Origin: a virus
DNA: 64,000 nucleotides
Reading direction: 5' to 3' (one strand)
Virus record (IMG/VR): IMGVR_UViG_3300045988_072133
Coordinates: 39,171 to 103,170 of that record
In this document: positions 10,020 to 20,852 of the stretch, in pieces
Layout: each line of letters begins with the position of its first letter
Numbering within the stretch: the stretch's first letter is position 1
The notes under the pieces: model-generated
What the model was told of the DNA's origin: nothing
The model's database searches: none
Seen by the model: only the letters and a program-made list of their open reading frames with translations
Made by a program: the position numbers and the translations under genes

Positions 10020-10643
10020 CTAGGATACCGTAAACGTTGTGTTGGTTGTAACGTCAATGGTAACAGAACCAGTCTGCGGAACTGTAATGGTAGCGGTAGA
10101 CAGGTTAAGATAAGCATCTCCAGCAGCCTGCTTAAGCTGAATAGTAGCAGTTTTGCTACCTGCAGAAGTAACTGTAATTTGCTGCGTACGTTCGCTAATA
10201 GTTGTATTAGCAGCGGCAGAAAGTGTCAGCTCAAAAGTATACTTAGCTACAGCACCAGGGTCACCAGTAATAGCAACACCATTGGTTACCTCTGTAGATG
10301 TGTTAACCTTATACTTAACCGAAGTAATATCTGCTGTAATAACATTACCAGATCCTTTAGTAAAAGTAAGTTTATCCGAGTTGGAAGTACCTGTAATAAC
10401 TACAGCTCCTCCACCCTTGACAACAGCCATTTCAACTCCATCATCAAATGACACAAATTCAGCTGCAGCTTCAAGAGTTGCAGTGATTGTTTTATTCGGG
10501 GTAACGTCCTGAGCTGTGACTGTGAAGGTTGCATTCTTAGCAACACGATTACCTAAACTAGCGGGGTCTGCTGTAAAAGTCAGAGTAGTATTACCCGAGC
10601 CAGATGTAGGGTTAACAGAAATGTTTTGTTTAGTAACTGCCAT
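10020..10643 (-). CDS. Thr/Ala/Val-rich beta-sandwich (Ig-like) virion protein (207 aa)
   Basis: Composition typical of bacterial Ig-like/decoration domains. Followed directly by a strong terminator, which suggests high expression. Confidence 0.4.
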   Translation of the reverse strand: MAVTKQNISVNPTSGSGNTTLTFTADPASLGNRVAKNATFTVTAQDVTPNKTITATLEAAAEFVSFDDGVEMAVVKGGGAVVITGTSNSDKLTFTKGSGNVITADITSVKYKVNTSTEVTNGVAITGDPGAVAKYTFELTLSAAANTTISERTQQITVTSAGSKTATIQLKQAAGDAYLNLSTATITVPQTGSVTIDVTTNTTFTVS

Positions 10644-10648
10644 AATTG

Positions 10649-11041
10649 TTAATCAATTGTAAATGTTAAATTAGTATATATTGTATTAGTATCAGTATAA
10701 TTATTAAGTGCATTGAGAATAACATGTTCTTTCTCAATAGTTAAATAATCTTTTTCACCTAACCTAGTCCATAGCTCTTCACCATTATATAAAACTCTTC
10801 GTATAGTCCACGAAGGGGAATTAGCTTTTGAAGAAGACTCTTCAGCTAGATGACCTGCCTTAGTCTCGTCATAAAGACTATATACCCCATCATCATAAGT
10901 TGCAACAACTAAGTCTGATGTTACAGGTGGAGAGTAAGGCCATATTACTACTCCATTAAAGATAACTCTCTTAATAAGAGCATTATCCTTTGATGCTATT
11001 GTCTTACCATTAAAAGTAATAGTCTTTATCTTATGCCTCAT
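10649..11041 (-). CDS. hypothetical virion protein (130 aa)
   Basis: ORF in the structural operon. Confidence 0.35.
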   Translation of the reverse strand: MRHKIKTITFNGKTIASKDNALIKRVIFNGVVIWPYSPPVTSDLVVATYDDGVYSLYDETKAGHLAEESSSKANSPSWTIRRVLYNGEELWTRLGEKDYLTIEKEHVILNALNNYTDTNTIYTNLTFTID

Positions 11042-11043
11042 AA

Positions 11044-11922
11044 CTACGTAGTTTCTTCCAACTCTATATATAGGATGTTATCTTGTTGCATGGGAGCTGT
11101 ACCTTGTACTACTTCAACACCTTTGACTGTGTTAGATGCAACACTTTTAAATATGTTTATAGTTCGCCGTAATGTGAGTCCTGTGGGCAATCTATCATTA
11201 TTTACGCTGATTTCATACTCCGAAAGATCCCCAGTAATACTCATTACAGAGAATATATAATCTTCTCTCCAGGCAACTATCTGGTAGACCTTATAAATAA
11301 CAGGGGAGGTTTTACTGTCTGAGTATACCCAGAATACTGGGCTGCTTTTGTCAATTGTACCCATGAATCCTATAAGGTGACTCAGAAAATTATACATTGG
11401 CCCACCTTCAGACATATCATATTGCGAAAAGTCATCATCACCTTGGCCAATATACATGGGAGTTATTACATCATACAAGAAATTATAAAACTCATTGCCG
11501 CTTATAGCATCAATATTAATTCTCGCCTGCATCTTCTGTGCCGTAGATAAGTTTTGCCGGACATATTTAATAGATTGAGCTCCCGAACCACCAAACGAAG
11601 CCCACGAGTTATCAATCCACATTAAAGCGTCATAAGCTACTGGGTCACTTCCTTCATTCTTAACAAGGTAGATTTTATTGGCCTTACCAGTCTCAGGAAG
11701 CATGGCTACAATCTCCACAGATGTAGCATTTTGAAGCGGTTCCGGAAGTAGATCAATAGGTAGCTTACCCTCCTTGTCAAGCTGGGGAGTTGCCTTATTG
11801 ATGTCGGATTGAAACTTTTGTAGCTGTTCGTCGTAAATCTGACCTGTAAATGCAAGTTTACCGTCAGCAGTCTTAGCGAAAAGCAGGCCATAAATATTAA
11901 TATAATCTTCCATGATAATCAA
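11044..11922 (-). CDS. hypothetical virion protein (292 aa)
   Basis: ORF overlapping the next gene by ATGA-type coupling. Confidence 0.4.
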   Translation of the reverse strand: MIIMEDYINIYGLLFAKTADGKLAFTGQIYDEQLQKFQSDINKATPQLDKEGKLPIDLLPEPLQNATSVEIVAMLPETGKANKIYLVKNEGSDPVAYDALMWIDNSWASFGGSGAQSIKYVRQNLSTAQKMQARINIDAISGNEFYNFLYDVITPMYIGQGDDDFSQYDMSEGGPMYNFLSHLIGFMGTIDKSSPVFWVYSDSKTSPVIYKVYQIVAWREDYIFSVMSITGDLSEYEISVNNDRLPTGLTLRRTINIFKSVASNTVKGVEVVQGTAPMQQDNILYIELEETT

Positions 11923-11925
11923 AAA

Positions 11926-12801
11926 TTATGCTATAACACCAACAAAAGTACCAGCTACAAACTTATTAGCACTCCTATAGCACTTATAGTTTCCCTTACC
12001 ATTAACAGCAACTGTTACAGGAGCAGCCATAGGTACATCGAAGCCTCCTGACTTCACGCTATTGATAGTCATATTCGACGGAACACACAGCCAAATATAC
12101 TCATTAGCTTCAACCTCAATAGTAACATTGCCTGAAGGGGACGCTTTAATAGGCTGCTTCGTAAGAGATAGAACCTCGGACGATACTAAAGCATCCTTTA
12201 TGGATGCACCAAAATACATTGGATAGTAGGCATTAACCGTAACTGAAGCGGTCTTGGTGATGCCTTTAATCATAGCCGTCATAGAATATGTTTGGGTATC
12301 CGAAATTGAATCCTTGATAGTCTTGAGCGCTTTATCAGAGGTAAGAACTTGACTACCTTTCTTTACAGAGATAGAATCAGGTTCGATTTCTTGATTATTA
12401 AACTTAGTAGACCAGTTAAGAGTTACCTGCGTTGAGACCCCTTTTTCAAATAAAGTCGGAGTACGGCTCATTGTCAAAGAGGTGTATTGAGTGAATAAAA
12501 TTTGATTAATTTCATTAACATCCTCTGTAAGAGATTGTATTTGATCGTAGAGTACTACTTTTAATTCTTCTAAGGAATCTACCTTCTTCTCAAGTGAATA
12601 TATAAGCTTTAATAATCCTTCTGCAGTAAGAGCTGCACTAGTAAGTACCTCCCATTCTTCTTTATAAATATTGAAAGTCCTAATCTCCCAAAGTACTCTT
12701 TTATCATCAGAAGGTTTTAGCCAAATTATATTAGTACCATGAGAGGGTGGGAGTTTTGTTCCCACCCAAACTTGGCCTAGTCCAGTTCTATATTGATACA
12801 T
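11926..12801 (-). CDS. hypothetical virion protein (291 aa)
   Basis: ORF in the structural operon. Confidence 0.4.
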   Translation of the reverse strand: MYQYRTGLGQVWVGTKLPPSHGTNIIWLKPSDDKRVLWEIRTFNIYKEEWEVLTSAALTAEGLLKLIYSLEKKVDSLEELKVVLYDQIQSLTEDVNEINQILFTQYTSLTMSRTPTLFEKGVSTQVTLNWSTKFNNQEIEPDSISVKKGSQVLTSDKALKTIKDSISDTQTYSMTAMIKGITKTASVTVNAYYPMYFGASIKDALVSSEVLSLTKQPIKASPSGNVTIEVEANEYIWLCVPSNMTINSVKSGGFDVPMAAPVTVAVNGKGNYKCYRSANKFVAGTFVGVIA

Positions 12802-12812
12802 ATATTATTTAA

Positions 12813-15005
12813 TTATATTGTAGGAGTATAAGCATCTATTGCCGTTGCAAGTGCTGTATTAAAAGCTGATTCAGTAGTATATTTAGTACCACCACCTAAT
12901 TTATAAGCATTGAAAGCAGATTGTAAATACACGTCTTGACTATTTAACAAATTAGTGGTAGTATTAAATTGTACTCTGGTAGCTGTTATATTATCAGCAT
13001 TTGCATTTTGTAGATTAAAGAAATAAATCGAATTAGTAGAAACAAATCCTCTAATACATACCTTATAACTATTATTAGTAGAATCTTCAATAATTAGAAT
13101 ATTAGCTTTACTAATACTCTCTCTAATATTTGTATCTGTTATAGTAGTATTTAACAATGAACTATCTATGACATATAAATTATTGTATAAAGTAAGGAAG
13201 CTTTTATTAAAACCAACAGTACTGTTTTTACCTCCCTTACCTATATAATAGGTTGCCGGATCAGCATATGCAACCCTTATGTTACTACACTTTTTTACGT
13301 TTACATCAAAAATAATGCGGTTCATAGTAATACTTCCATCTATACAGGACTCCATATTAAAGAAGTTAAGACTATTTCCTTTTAAAGCTCCCCTATTAAA
13401 CACTAAAATGTTATTTTCTGTAACAACATTAGTAACAATAAGAGTAGTAGCATTTTGAACAGAAGAAGCTTCTGCATCAGTAAGAACAGTATTTAATTTA
13501 GACGAATCTATTACATAAGTATTTTCTGTAAGTTGAGCAACAAGCTCTTTATACATTGAATCTTTATTAGTTCTGGTACCACCTTTTATTCTATAATTAG
13601 TAAACATTATATCATCAAAATAAGCATTTTCAATAGACGACAATATATTAGATTCCAGTCTCAACAAAATATACTTCACTGATCCACTATTATTTATACA
13701 ATTATAGTATATTATAGCAGTAGATTCATAACCTCTTATAAAAATCTTGGTCTTACCATCACCTTCATCCAATATAAGGAAGGTAGCATTCTTAATATTC
13801 TCTAACTTATCACCACTATGTACTTTATTTAAATCAGAAGGAGTGATATAACAAGAATTCATGTTAACTAATCTTGCTACTTCTTGATTAACAGCATCAG
13901 CGTTTTTACCAGTGAAACCAAATTGAGAATAAGCTCCATAAGGTAGAGTATAGTTCTTGGTATTTATTACCCATTTTTTAGTAGAAGTATTTACAGATAG
14001 TTCTTTATAGATTATTTTCTGGTCAGAGCCATCTATAGCCCCAACCATAACAAACTGCAAATATGTATTTGTTTTTGATTTAACAACATAAATAAATTTA
14101 CTATTAGGATAATTAGCATTGTCATTTACTAAAATTATAGATGCTTTTTTTATCTGTTCAATAGTTTCGTCATCTAAAGTTGTCCCTAAAGTACTATAAT
14201 CAAGATATACAAAATCAGGAAATTCCTTAACTTTTACAAGACTATAATTATCATCTTCTTTAAGAACTTTATAGGTTTGTAAGCACCCTTGATTATATAT
14301 CCTAAAACTTCTTTCAACAGGATCTACATCAATTATAGGAGAATCATATTGAACATTATTATAAACCCAAAGTAAGTTAATCAATTGAAATTTATGTCTT
14401 TGATTAAGATAAGTATATAATACATTAGCCTTTGAAGTATTTGTAAATACAGATAAATCAAGAGGATCTGTAATAGTTCCTAAATTTACTGAAAGCGTCT
14501 TTGATTCAAGAAACGTTATTTTATCAGACCAAGTTTTATCTAAATCAACTAAAGTAGTGCCAGTCCAACGATAACTATGGTTTTGAGTAACACCCTCACC
14601 AATTTTTACGTATATCTTACCTTCTTCAGGATTAATAATCGTCCAATCTTCTTCAGAAGTATTAGCTCCAAAGTCTACAAATTTCTTCGTATAATCAATT
14701 GTAGTCCCAAGAATAGCATGTTCAATATACCAAATTTTATTAGTAAAACTTGGTTCATTTAATATCATTTCTACACTTGCACTTCCGGTAGTTATGGAAT
14801 CAAATTCTATAACATCATCTACATAACTCGGTAATTGTTCGGCAGGAACTTTACTTCCTACAAGGTCAGCTTTAGTTCCCATAGCTTCTGTAAACTCTTC
14901 CTTAGTCACTCCATTATTCTCAATGTTCGTAAGTACTTGAGCTAGTTGAGGATTTTTAATATCATAGCCCTTTTCAAGCTGTAAAATAATTTTTTCGTTA
15001 GTCAT
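12813..15005 (-). CDS. Asn-rich large tail protein, putative tail fibre or receptor-binding protein (730 aa)
   Basis: Immediately downstream of portal. Very Asn/Ser/Thr/Tyr-rich, beta-rich composition typical of fibres and tailspikes. Confidence 0.4.
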   Translation of the reverse strand: MTNEKIILQLEKGYDIKNPQLAQVLTNIENNGVTKEEFTEAMGTKADLVGSKVPAEQLPSYVDDVIEFDSITTGSASVEMILNEPSFTNKIWYIEHAILGTTIDYTKKFVDFGANTSEEDWTIINPEEGKIYVKIGEGVTQNHSYRWTGTTLVDLDKTWSDKITFLESKTLSVNLGTITDPLDLSVFTNTSKANVLYTYLNQRHKFQLINLLWVYNNVQYDSPIIDVDPVERSFRIYNQGCLQTYKVLKEDDNYSLVKVKEFPDFVYLDYSTLGTTLDDETIEQIKKASIILVNDNANYPNSKFIYVVKSKTNTYLQFVMVGAIDGSDQKIIYKELSVNTSTKKWVINTKNYTLPYGAYSQFGFTGKNADAVNQEVARLVNMNSCYITPSDLNKVHSGDKLENIKNATFLILDEGDGKTKIFIRGYESTAIIYYNCINNSGSVKYILLRLESNILSSIENAYFDDIMFTNYRIKGGTRTNKDSMYKELVAQLTENTYVIDSSKLNTVLTDAEASSVQNATTLIVTNVVTENNILVFNRGALKGNSLNFFNMESCIDGSITMNRIIFDVNVKKCSNIRVAYADPATYYIGKGGKNSTVGFNKSFLTLYNNLYVIDSSLLNTTITDTNIRESISKANILIIEDSTNNSYKVCIRGFVSTNSIYFFNLQNANADNITATRVQFNTTTNLLNSQDVYLQSAFNAYKLGGGTKYTTESAFNTALATAIDAYTPTI

Positions 15006-15030
15006 AGTTAGGATTAATTATAATAATAAA

Positions 15031-15056
15031 GGGAGGAGCTATTGCCCCCCCCCTAA
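15031..15056 (-). terminator. intrinsic terminator/attenuator with homopolymer stem (G9 ... CCUCCC + U-rich)
   Basis: Minus-strand RNA reads ACAGUUAGGGGGGGGGCAAUAGCUCCUCCCUUUAUUAUUAUAA directly after the portal stop codon. Shares the GGGAGG...C-run architecture with the 9973-10003 element. Confidence 0.4.
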
Positions 15057-15060
15057 CTGT

Positions 15061-17457
15061 TTATTTACTAGTACTAGATGGTTTAGGCTTGGCTTTCTTA
15101 ATAGCAAGATCTTTTTCTTTAATGTCTATCTCCTTTGATAACTTAGTCTTATCAAAAGCTAATCTTTCATTAAACTGCCTTATCTGTTCATCTAACTTCG
15201 CTCGTTCCATAGAGTTGTCTTGAACTTCTGGGACTTCATTCTCTGCATTTCCAGATTGTTTAATATGCTCAATAAGAATCTTAGTGTCATTATCGCGCTG
15301 ATTAAGCATATCTTGGAAATTCATCTCAGCCTGCTTCATTTCCATCTGAGTCTGCATTTGCTGTTGTGCTATTTCTTGTTCCTGCTGAGCTTGTTCAGCT
15401 TGACGTTCTTGAATAGCTTGCTCGTCTTTCTCAATAGTCCTACGAATCTCTGACAGAGATGATGACGTATAAATCTTCATTATTGAAGAGAATGAGAGAG
15501 TTTGATTCTGCAAAGCAGCTTGTGCTAAAGCATCAAGTTTTGAAGCGAGATTCTGAGTTTCAGGAGAGGCATCTACTACAATTCCATAGTCGCTATCTGC
15601 AAAAGTGTCTCCATCAATTTCAAGAGATTTTATAGCTCCATCAGAGGTGATATACTGGAATTTCTTATTTCTACCTCTCATAGCTATTTTAGCTGTCTCT
15701 AAGAAACATTCAAGGGCTCTCCTTTTAACATCATCGTGCATTGTAAATAACCATTCTGTAATATGAGAAGATTGTAAATTTGATCTTTCAACACCACCAA
15801 CAGTTTCACGGTTACTAATCTGACCCTCTCGCTGTCGAGTAATACCAGCAACCTCTCCCATCTCATTTTTAATAAATTCTAGGAGATTAATGTGTTCCTG
15901 AATATAATTACCCTGTTCAGCATCTATAACTCCATTAGACTGAATATTTAGAGCTCCTACAACCTTACCTTGAGCAGCTCCTCCATTTCCCTCCTTAAAG
16001 CTATCTGTAACAGCAACATGATTTACTTTTGCATAGTATAACCACTTGTCTATCTCCCAGCCTTTAGGAACCATAGCAAGATCTAGTTTTACAATTTTAC
16101 CCCAGTTAGCAGCAATAGCTTTATTAAGCCTATCGTAGATAACGTCGTAAAAATAAGCAAAAGGCTTCATCATATCTACTAAAGAGAAAGGTCTAGAATC
16201 ATTAAGGTTATACATAGATCCTACAATACCAAAATGACATCTAGATGGATTAGAAAGTCTATTATACTGTACTATCCTAGGTCTCATATTAACATAAATA
16301 TCTGGACCTATTTTAGTACCTTCCCATGCTTCATTAATCCAAAAGATCTCTTCTTCTTCACCAGCTTCTTTATCTATAATGTAGGTTTCTGGATAAAAAT
16401 CAAAGAGCTCTTCGCCAGTCTCAGGATCATAAGATTTTACCTTCTTGATCTTTCTCTTACTCTTCCAATAAAGTCTTAATACTCTAATATTACCTTGGAG
16501 ATCATAGTAGTTACTCGTTGCTGAAAATCCAGATTGTCCCATCAGTAGAAAATTCTCTATTACAGTACCTCCTGAAATATCTGTGCCATCGATCTCAGCA
16601 GTATTAATAAAGGCATTTCTTTCATCAATGTTGTACATAGAATCACTACTAAAAGTACTAGCTAGTTTATCTATACTATCAACATCTTTTTTAGATAGAA
16701 CATCAAAGTAAGTATCTAAGATTCTACCTGGACTCCAAAAGTCTATAAGTATTATTAGATCTGCATCCTCAACTTTATTAGAAAAACCATTTTTGAAAAT
16801 ATGAACTTTTAAAGGATTAAGTCTTTCAAAAGTAGGCTCGCCCCCAACAATATCACATTGATAGATTTCCTCACCACAAATCATTGCATCCATAAACCCA
16901 TCATTAAATATTCTGGGTATATTTAGCTCTTTCATGTAATGAGAAAGAACAGTACTAGCTCTCATTTCGATAATATCTTGCCATTGATAATCAAAATAGT
17001 AAGATAACTTATCTAGTTCTTTATTAAACTCCTCCTCTGACAAGTTCTCATCTTCTATCATAGCCTGAACTTGTTCTTGGAGCATTGCTAATTTACTATT
17101 CTCTATCTCTGAAATAGAATTGGGATTAGTTACAACAACTTTAAATTCAAATCTTCTCTTCGCTTCTTCTCCTTGGAGAACATGAAGCTTTGAGTTCATA
17201 ATAGGGAAATGCTGAATAGATTCTGGAACATATAGTGCATTGACATTGTCTGGATTAAGAATTAACTCTACATCTCTCATATCTAAAACACCATTTATGA
17301 GATTATAGTTAATTCTCTTCTTCAACAGAGAATTCCGCACCATATTGCCAAAATAGTAAGTTCTTTTGTCGGCCCAATCAAGATGCTGTTTTCTCCACTC
17401 CTTAGTTTTTTTACTATAAGACAACATCTGCGGGGGTAAGTTCTTTAAATCTATCAT
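15061..17457 (-). CDS. portal protein (798 aa)
   Basis: Size and position directly downstream of TerL. Long Lys/Glu/Gln-rich C-terminal coiled-coil tail as in crAss-like portals. Confidence 0.65.
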   Translation of the reverse strand: MIDLKNLPPQMLSYSKKTKEWRKQHLDWADKRTYYFGNMVRNSLLKKRINYNLINGVLDMRDVELILNPDNVNALYVPESIQHFPIMNSKLHVLQGEEAKRRFEFKVVVTNPNSISEIENSKLAMLQEQVQAMIEDENLSEEEFNKELDKLSYYFDYQWQDIIEMRASTVLSHYMKELNIPRIFNDGFMDAMICGEEIYQCDIVGGEPTFERLNPLKVHIFKNGFSNKVEDADLIILIDFWSPGRILDTYFDVLSKKDVDSIDKLASTFSSDSMYNIDERNAFINTAEIDGTDISGGTVIENFLLMGQSGFSATSNYYDLQGNIRVLRLYWKSKRKIKKVKSYDPETGEELFDFYPETYIIDKEAGEEEEIFWINEAWEGTKIGPDIYVNMRPRIVQYNRLSNPSRCHFGIVGSMYNLNDSRPFSLVDMMKPFAYFYDVIYDRLNKAIAANWGKIVKLDLAMVPKGWEIDKWLYYAKVNHVAVTDSFKEGNGGAAQGKVVGALNIQSNGVIDAEQGNYIQEHINLLEFIKNEMGEVAGITRQREGQISNRETVGGVERSNLQSSHITEWLFTMHDDVKRRALECFLETAKIAMRGRNKKFQYITSDGAIKSLEIDGDTFADSDYGIVVDASPETQNLASKLDALAQAALQNQTLSFSSIMKIYTSSSLSEIRRTIEKDEQAIQERQAEQAQQEQEIAQQQMQTQMEMKQAEMNFQDMLNQRDNDTKILIEHIKQSGNAENEVPEVQDNSMERAKLDEQIRQFNERLAFDKTKLSKEIDIKEKDLAIKKAKPKPSSTSK

Positions 17458-17557
17458 AGCATTAACTTAATTACATAATTTGTACAAAGATAAGTAATTA
17501 TCTTCAAATTTCCAAGACGTTCAAAAGTTTACTAATAGTTTTCATAAATATCTACTA

Positions 17558-19861
17558 CTAATTATCCTTATGTAGATATTTAGCAAACCTATAATCATAA
17601 TTCCTAGTAAAGAAATCATCATTACCTAAGTAATCTGCTTGATCTACATTGATAACTTCAGAAGGAGATAAATTACCACAAAGCATGAGTTTTTGCTCTC
17701 GTAGCAACATGAGCATTAATAAGGCATCGTAACGGTCAAAGTTGCTATCGGGATTCCACATAGATAACTCTTTCATGAGAGCTCTATAATAGCACCTATT
17801 AATGTTATTTATAGTGATTTCTGCCTCTTCTTCATGTCCATCTATAGTAACCTTCGTTACAACTTTAAGAGGCTTTAAAAGCCAGTCTCTGATGCGTGTA
17901 CGGCCATATGTTTGAACTGGTTGTGTAGCATTAACTCCTTTAGCCTTATTACCAAAGAAATTTCCCTTAACAATCTCTTTATCTTTTAAAAACTCAGGAA
18001 TGTCAGATAGTAAATACAAACAGTTTGTTTTAGAAAAATATGTGAATAAACCCTTCTTATTATTCTCATAGAGTAATTCAGCATTATAGAATAAACAAAT
18101 ACGTCTACAGGTTTCATAGTAATCCTCTGCAAACATAGGTCTACCTACATATTCACAAACTAGTTCATCAGTAAATAAATCTAGTACATAGATTGATCCA
18201 AGAGACATAGTGTCAGATACATCATCATCATAAGGGTCAGCACCTGCTATATAACGTCCCCAAGGTACTTTGCCATCAGGACCTTTAATGGGCATCTTAT
18301 TAATATGTACAGCTCCTTCAAGCTTGTTATCTTTATGAGGATAATCTAAAATAGGCTTTACATCCGCATCTGGAGTAAATTCAACTTTCCCTTCTTTAGT
18401 CTGAACAAGTCTTCCAACCCACATATCGTCTAAACTCTTAGGATTCTGATCTAATTCTAGAATACGATCATTTAATTTATCAGAAGGAAAAATATTACTA
18501 TCCCTACGCATAATAGCATCTGTGATAGTAAATGCATACTCAGCTTTACGACGTGTGAGCTGAATAGGATCAGATGAGTTATACTTTAGGATTACACGAT
18601 GTTTAATCTCTTCTAAAATAGCTCCTACAACATCAGATACACCATCTTCATTGTAAAAACCTTTAGAATTAAGGTAACTAGGGAAGAAGAATATTGTTCG
18701 CCTAGCTCCTACAGCTCCTTTATCGAAAACATTTGGGAGAGAGTATACTGAATAACCATCCGGATAATTAATCATCTCAAGAGCTCCCATAAAATCTGAA
18801 CCCTCAGAACCTCCTGTACCAAAGGCTATTGCTTGTCCAAAAGCCGCAGCTGCATTCTCCTGAACATTAGGTAAAGCTGTCTGCCATACATCTAGAAATT
18901 TCGGGAAAGTACCAAACTCTTCATAAAGCATTCTATTCGAACGTTTACCACGAATCTTGTCAGGATCATCTTTAACAGCTACCCCTAATACTTCATTTTG
19001 AGAACCCCTAGGAATCATTGAATCCTTATCGATATACCCCGAAATCCACTGCATCTCTGAAAGAGAGTTCTTAAGTCTAGCACGAGGAAATTGAGTGTTT
19101 TTAGCACAGAAATCTATACCATCAATAAATTTGTTAAGAGTACCGTCCTTAATAAGATACTCCTTCTGATATGCCGTTACAAGACATTTAACCTTATCAT
19201 AAGAAATAGAATTCTCTCCTAAGAGGAAGAATTTACATAGAATGGCAGCTGCATAATATGACTTCGATTTACCACGAGAAGCAATCTCAACAGAATGCTT
19301 TCCTCCTACAAAATCATCATATAAACCACCATTACGGGCTTGATATTGATAGTGAGCCCTAAGATAAACACCTTCCCAGCATTCAGGAAAGTCTACAACA
19401 CGATCACCTATGCGAGTACCTTTACGTATCTTAGTCTGAATAATAGGTAAATAATTTAAGTAGAAATAAAAATCTCCAGGAATCCATTCCCCATCTTCAG
19501 GTCTAACCATACCATCTAAGCACCTACGAACTTCTCGTGTTAACCACATACCAAACTCTGATTTAGGATTTGCATCAGGACGAAGCTTAGTATAGCAACC
19601 ATATTTTTGATAGTGTATAGCAGCTGGCCTAAAGTAGTCCATATTCTCTAATATATGTGGCTTACAAATATCTACGATAATCCTGCCAAAAGAGTCACGA
19701 GGTCTATCTTTAGCTCGTTGACGATCTGGTGAGATAAGATTCTTAATAAATTCTACATTAGTGATAATTTCTAAGAAATCATTCCATACTTCTGTAGATA
19801 AAGAATCTCTAAGTTCTTCTGTAATAGGTGTCTGATATTTATTAGTATCTATAAGTACCAT
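17558..19861 (-). CDS. terL: terminase large subunit (767 aa)
   Basis: Walker-A-like SRGKSKS after a long N-terminal region. Large size typical of crAss-like TerL. Adjacent to portal. Confidence 0.75.
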   Translation of the reverse strand: MVLIDTNKYQTPITEELRDSLSTEVWNDFLEIITNVEFIKNLISPDRQRAKDRPRDSFGRIIVDICKPHILENMDYFRPAAIHYQKYGCYTKLRPDANPKSEFGMWLTREVRRCLDGMVRPEDGEWIPGDFYFYLNYLPIIQTKIRKGTRIGDRVVDFPECWEGVYLRAHYQYQARNGGLYDDFVGGKHSVEIASRGKSKSYYAAAILCKFFLLGENSISYDKVKCLVTAYQKEYLIKDGTLNKFIDGIDFCAKNTQFPRARLKNSLSEMQWISGYIDKDSMIPRGSQNEVLGVAVKDDPDKIRGKRSNRMLYEEFGTFPKFLDVWQTALPNVQENAAAAFGQAIAFGTGGSEGSDFMGALEMINYPDGYSVYSLPNVFDKGAVGARRTIFFFPSYLNSKGFYNEDGVSDVVGAILEEIKHRVILKYNSSDPIQLTRRKAEYAFTITDAIMRRDSNIFPSDKLNDRILELDQNPKSLDDMWVGRLVQTKEGKVEFTPDADVKPILDYPHKDNKLEGAVHINKMPIKGPDGKVPWGRYIAGADPYDDDVSDTMSLGSIYVLDLFTDELVCEYVGRPMFAEDYYETCRRICLFYNAELLYENNKKGLFTYFSKTNCLYLLSDIPEFLKDKEIVKGNFFGNKAKGVNATQPVQTYGRTRIRDWLLKPLKVVTKVTIDGHEEEAEITINNINRCYYRALMKELSMWNPDSNFDRYDALLMLMLLREQKLMLCGNLSPSEVINVDQADYLGNDDFFTRNYDYRFAKYLHKDN

Positions 19862-20433
19862 TAATCACCTCCTCCTAAGAATGACTTCATCCCATCTTCA
19901 AGGATCGCCTTTTGCTTCATACCTCTCATAGTACCCATATCTTCAATTTCTTTAGATACAGCTTTTTCAGCATCCGCAAGCTCCTTAACAAGACTAGGGA
20001 CTTGTTTTACTGCGGTCATAACTTGACCTATATTAAACACTAGTTTACCATTAGCGTCTTTCTCTGTTAAATCTATAGATCTAAAAGTATTACGAATATT
20101 ATCAATAATAACTCTTGTATCTTGTAATAGTAAAGAAGAAGATGTTGTAGTTAGGTATTTATAAAGTTCTATAGCTTCTAAAACCTGCTTATCTGGTTTC
20201 CAATCAGCTTCTAATCCTATACTATCTTTAACACGTAAATCTCTGTCTGCCTCTATAATTTCGAAGGAAAAATCTGACCTTGGATCATACATAAAGTATA
20301 AGTAAGCTAACTCTTTCATAGCCCTTGTTTTATCCTTAGTCCTGTCCCTATCTACAAGTTTCTTAAATGGTCTTAGAGCATAAGCCTCTTCAGAAATCTT
20401 TAAATTATAGTCCTTATATGTAAATAGCTTCAT
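19861..20433 (-). CDS. hypothetical protein upstream of TerL (190 aa), possible small terminase subunit
   Basis: Stop overlaps the TerL start (ATGGTAA arrangement). Position only; no motif. Confidence 0.25.
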   Translation of the reverse strand: MKLFTYKDYNLKISEEAYALRPFKKLVDRDRTKDKTRAMKELAYLYFMYDPRSDFSFEIIEADRDLRVKDSIGLEADWKPDKQVLEAIELYKYLTTTSSSLLLQDTRVIIDNIRNTFRSIDLTEKDANGKLVFNIGQVMTAVKQVPSLVKELADAEKAVSKEIEDMGTMRGMKQKAILEDGMKSFLGGGD

Positions 20434-20471
20434 ATCAAAAAAGCTCCCTACTTGTGATAGGGAGCGTTAAA

Positions 20472-20852
20472 TTAACATACTAGTTTCTTAGCCTTCGGAG
20501 GAGTAACTTCTGTTACTTCCCAATCAAAGTCATCCACTTTAAAGAAGATATTGGCACTGTCAATAAGTAGTGCAATCTTACCATCTATCTCAAACATGGG
20601 GATCTCAAAATCTAGAGTTTCATTATAAAACTCATCCGGCATGTCTGCTTTGGTCTCATCTTTAGTGAAACGCTTCCGAGCGTACTTTGAGAAGTCAATC
20701 TGTACCAGATCCCCAGGTTTATATTCTCGTACTCCAGGTCCTACAGCAATAACTTCCTGTACTTCTTTAAGCATACCTACAGAGTCTTTTTCAATAAGAC
20801 CTGCTTCACTTACACACTCTTCCTCAGTGTAAGTATTAGATGTCACTATCAT
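20472..20852 (-). CDS. GroES-like co-chaperonin (Cpn10 fold), about 126 aa from the internal Met
   Basis: Block pattern KMIVTS / EEECVSEAGLIE / QEVIAVGPGV / YKPGDLVQIDF / EIDGKIALLIDSANIFFKV parallels the GroES blocks RVIVKR / ETKSAGGIVL / GEVLAVGNG / VKVGDIVIF / EEVLIMSESDILAIV. The upstream ATG at 20951 lies inside the neighbouring gene, so the start is taken at M34 (plus cat 20850-20852). Confidence 0.45.
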   Translation of the reverse strand: MIVTSNTYTEEECVSEAGLIEKDSVGMLKEVQEVIAVGPGVREYKPGDLVQIDFSKYARKRFTKDETKADMPDEFYNETLDFEIPMFEIDGKIALLIDSANIFFKVDDFDWEVTEVTPPKAKKLVC

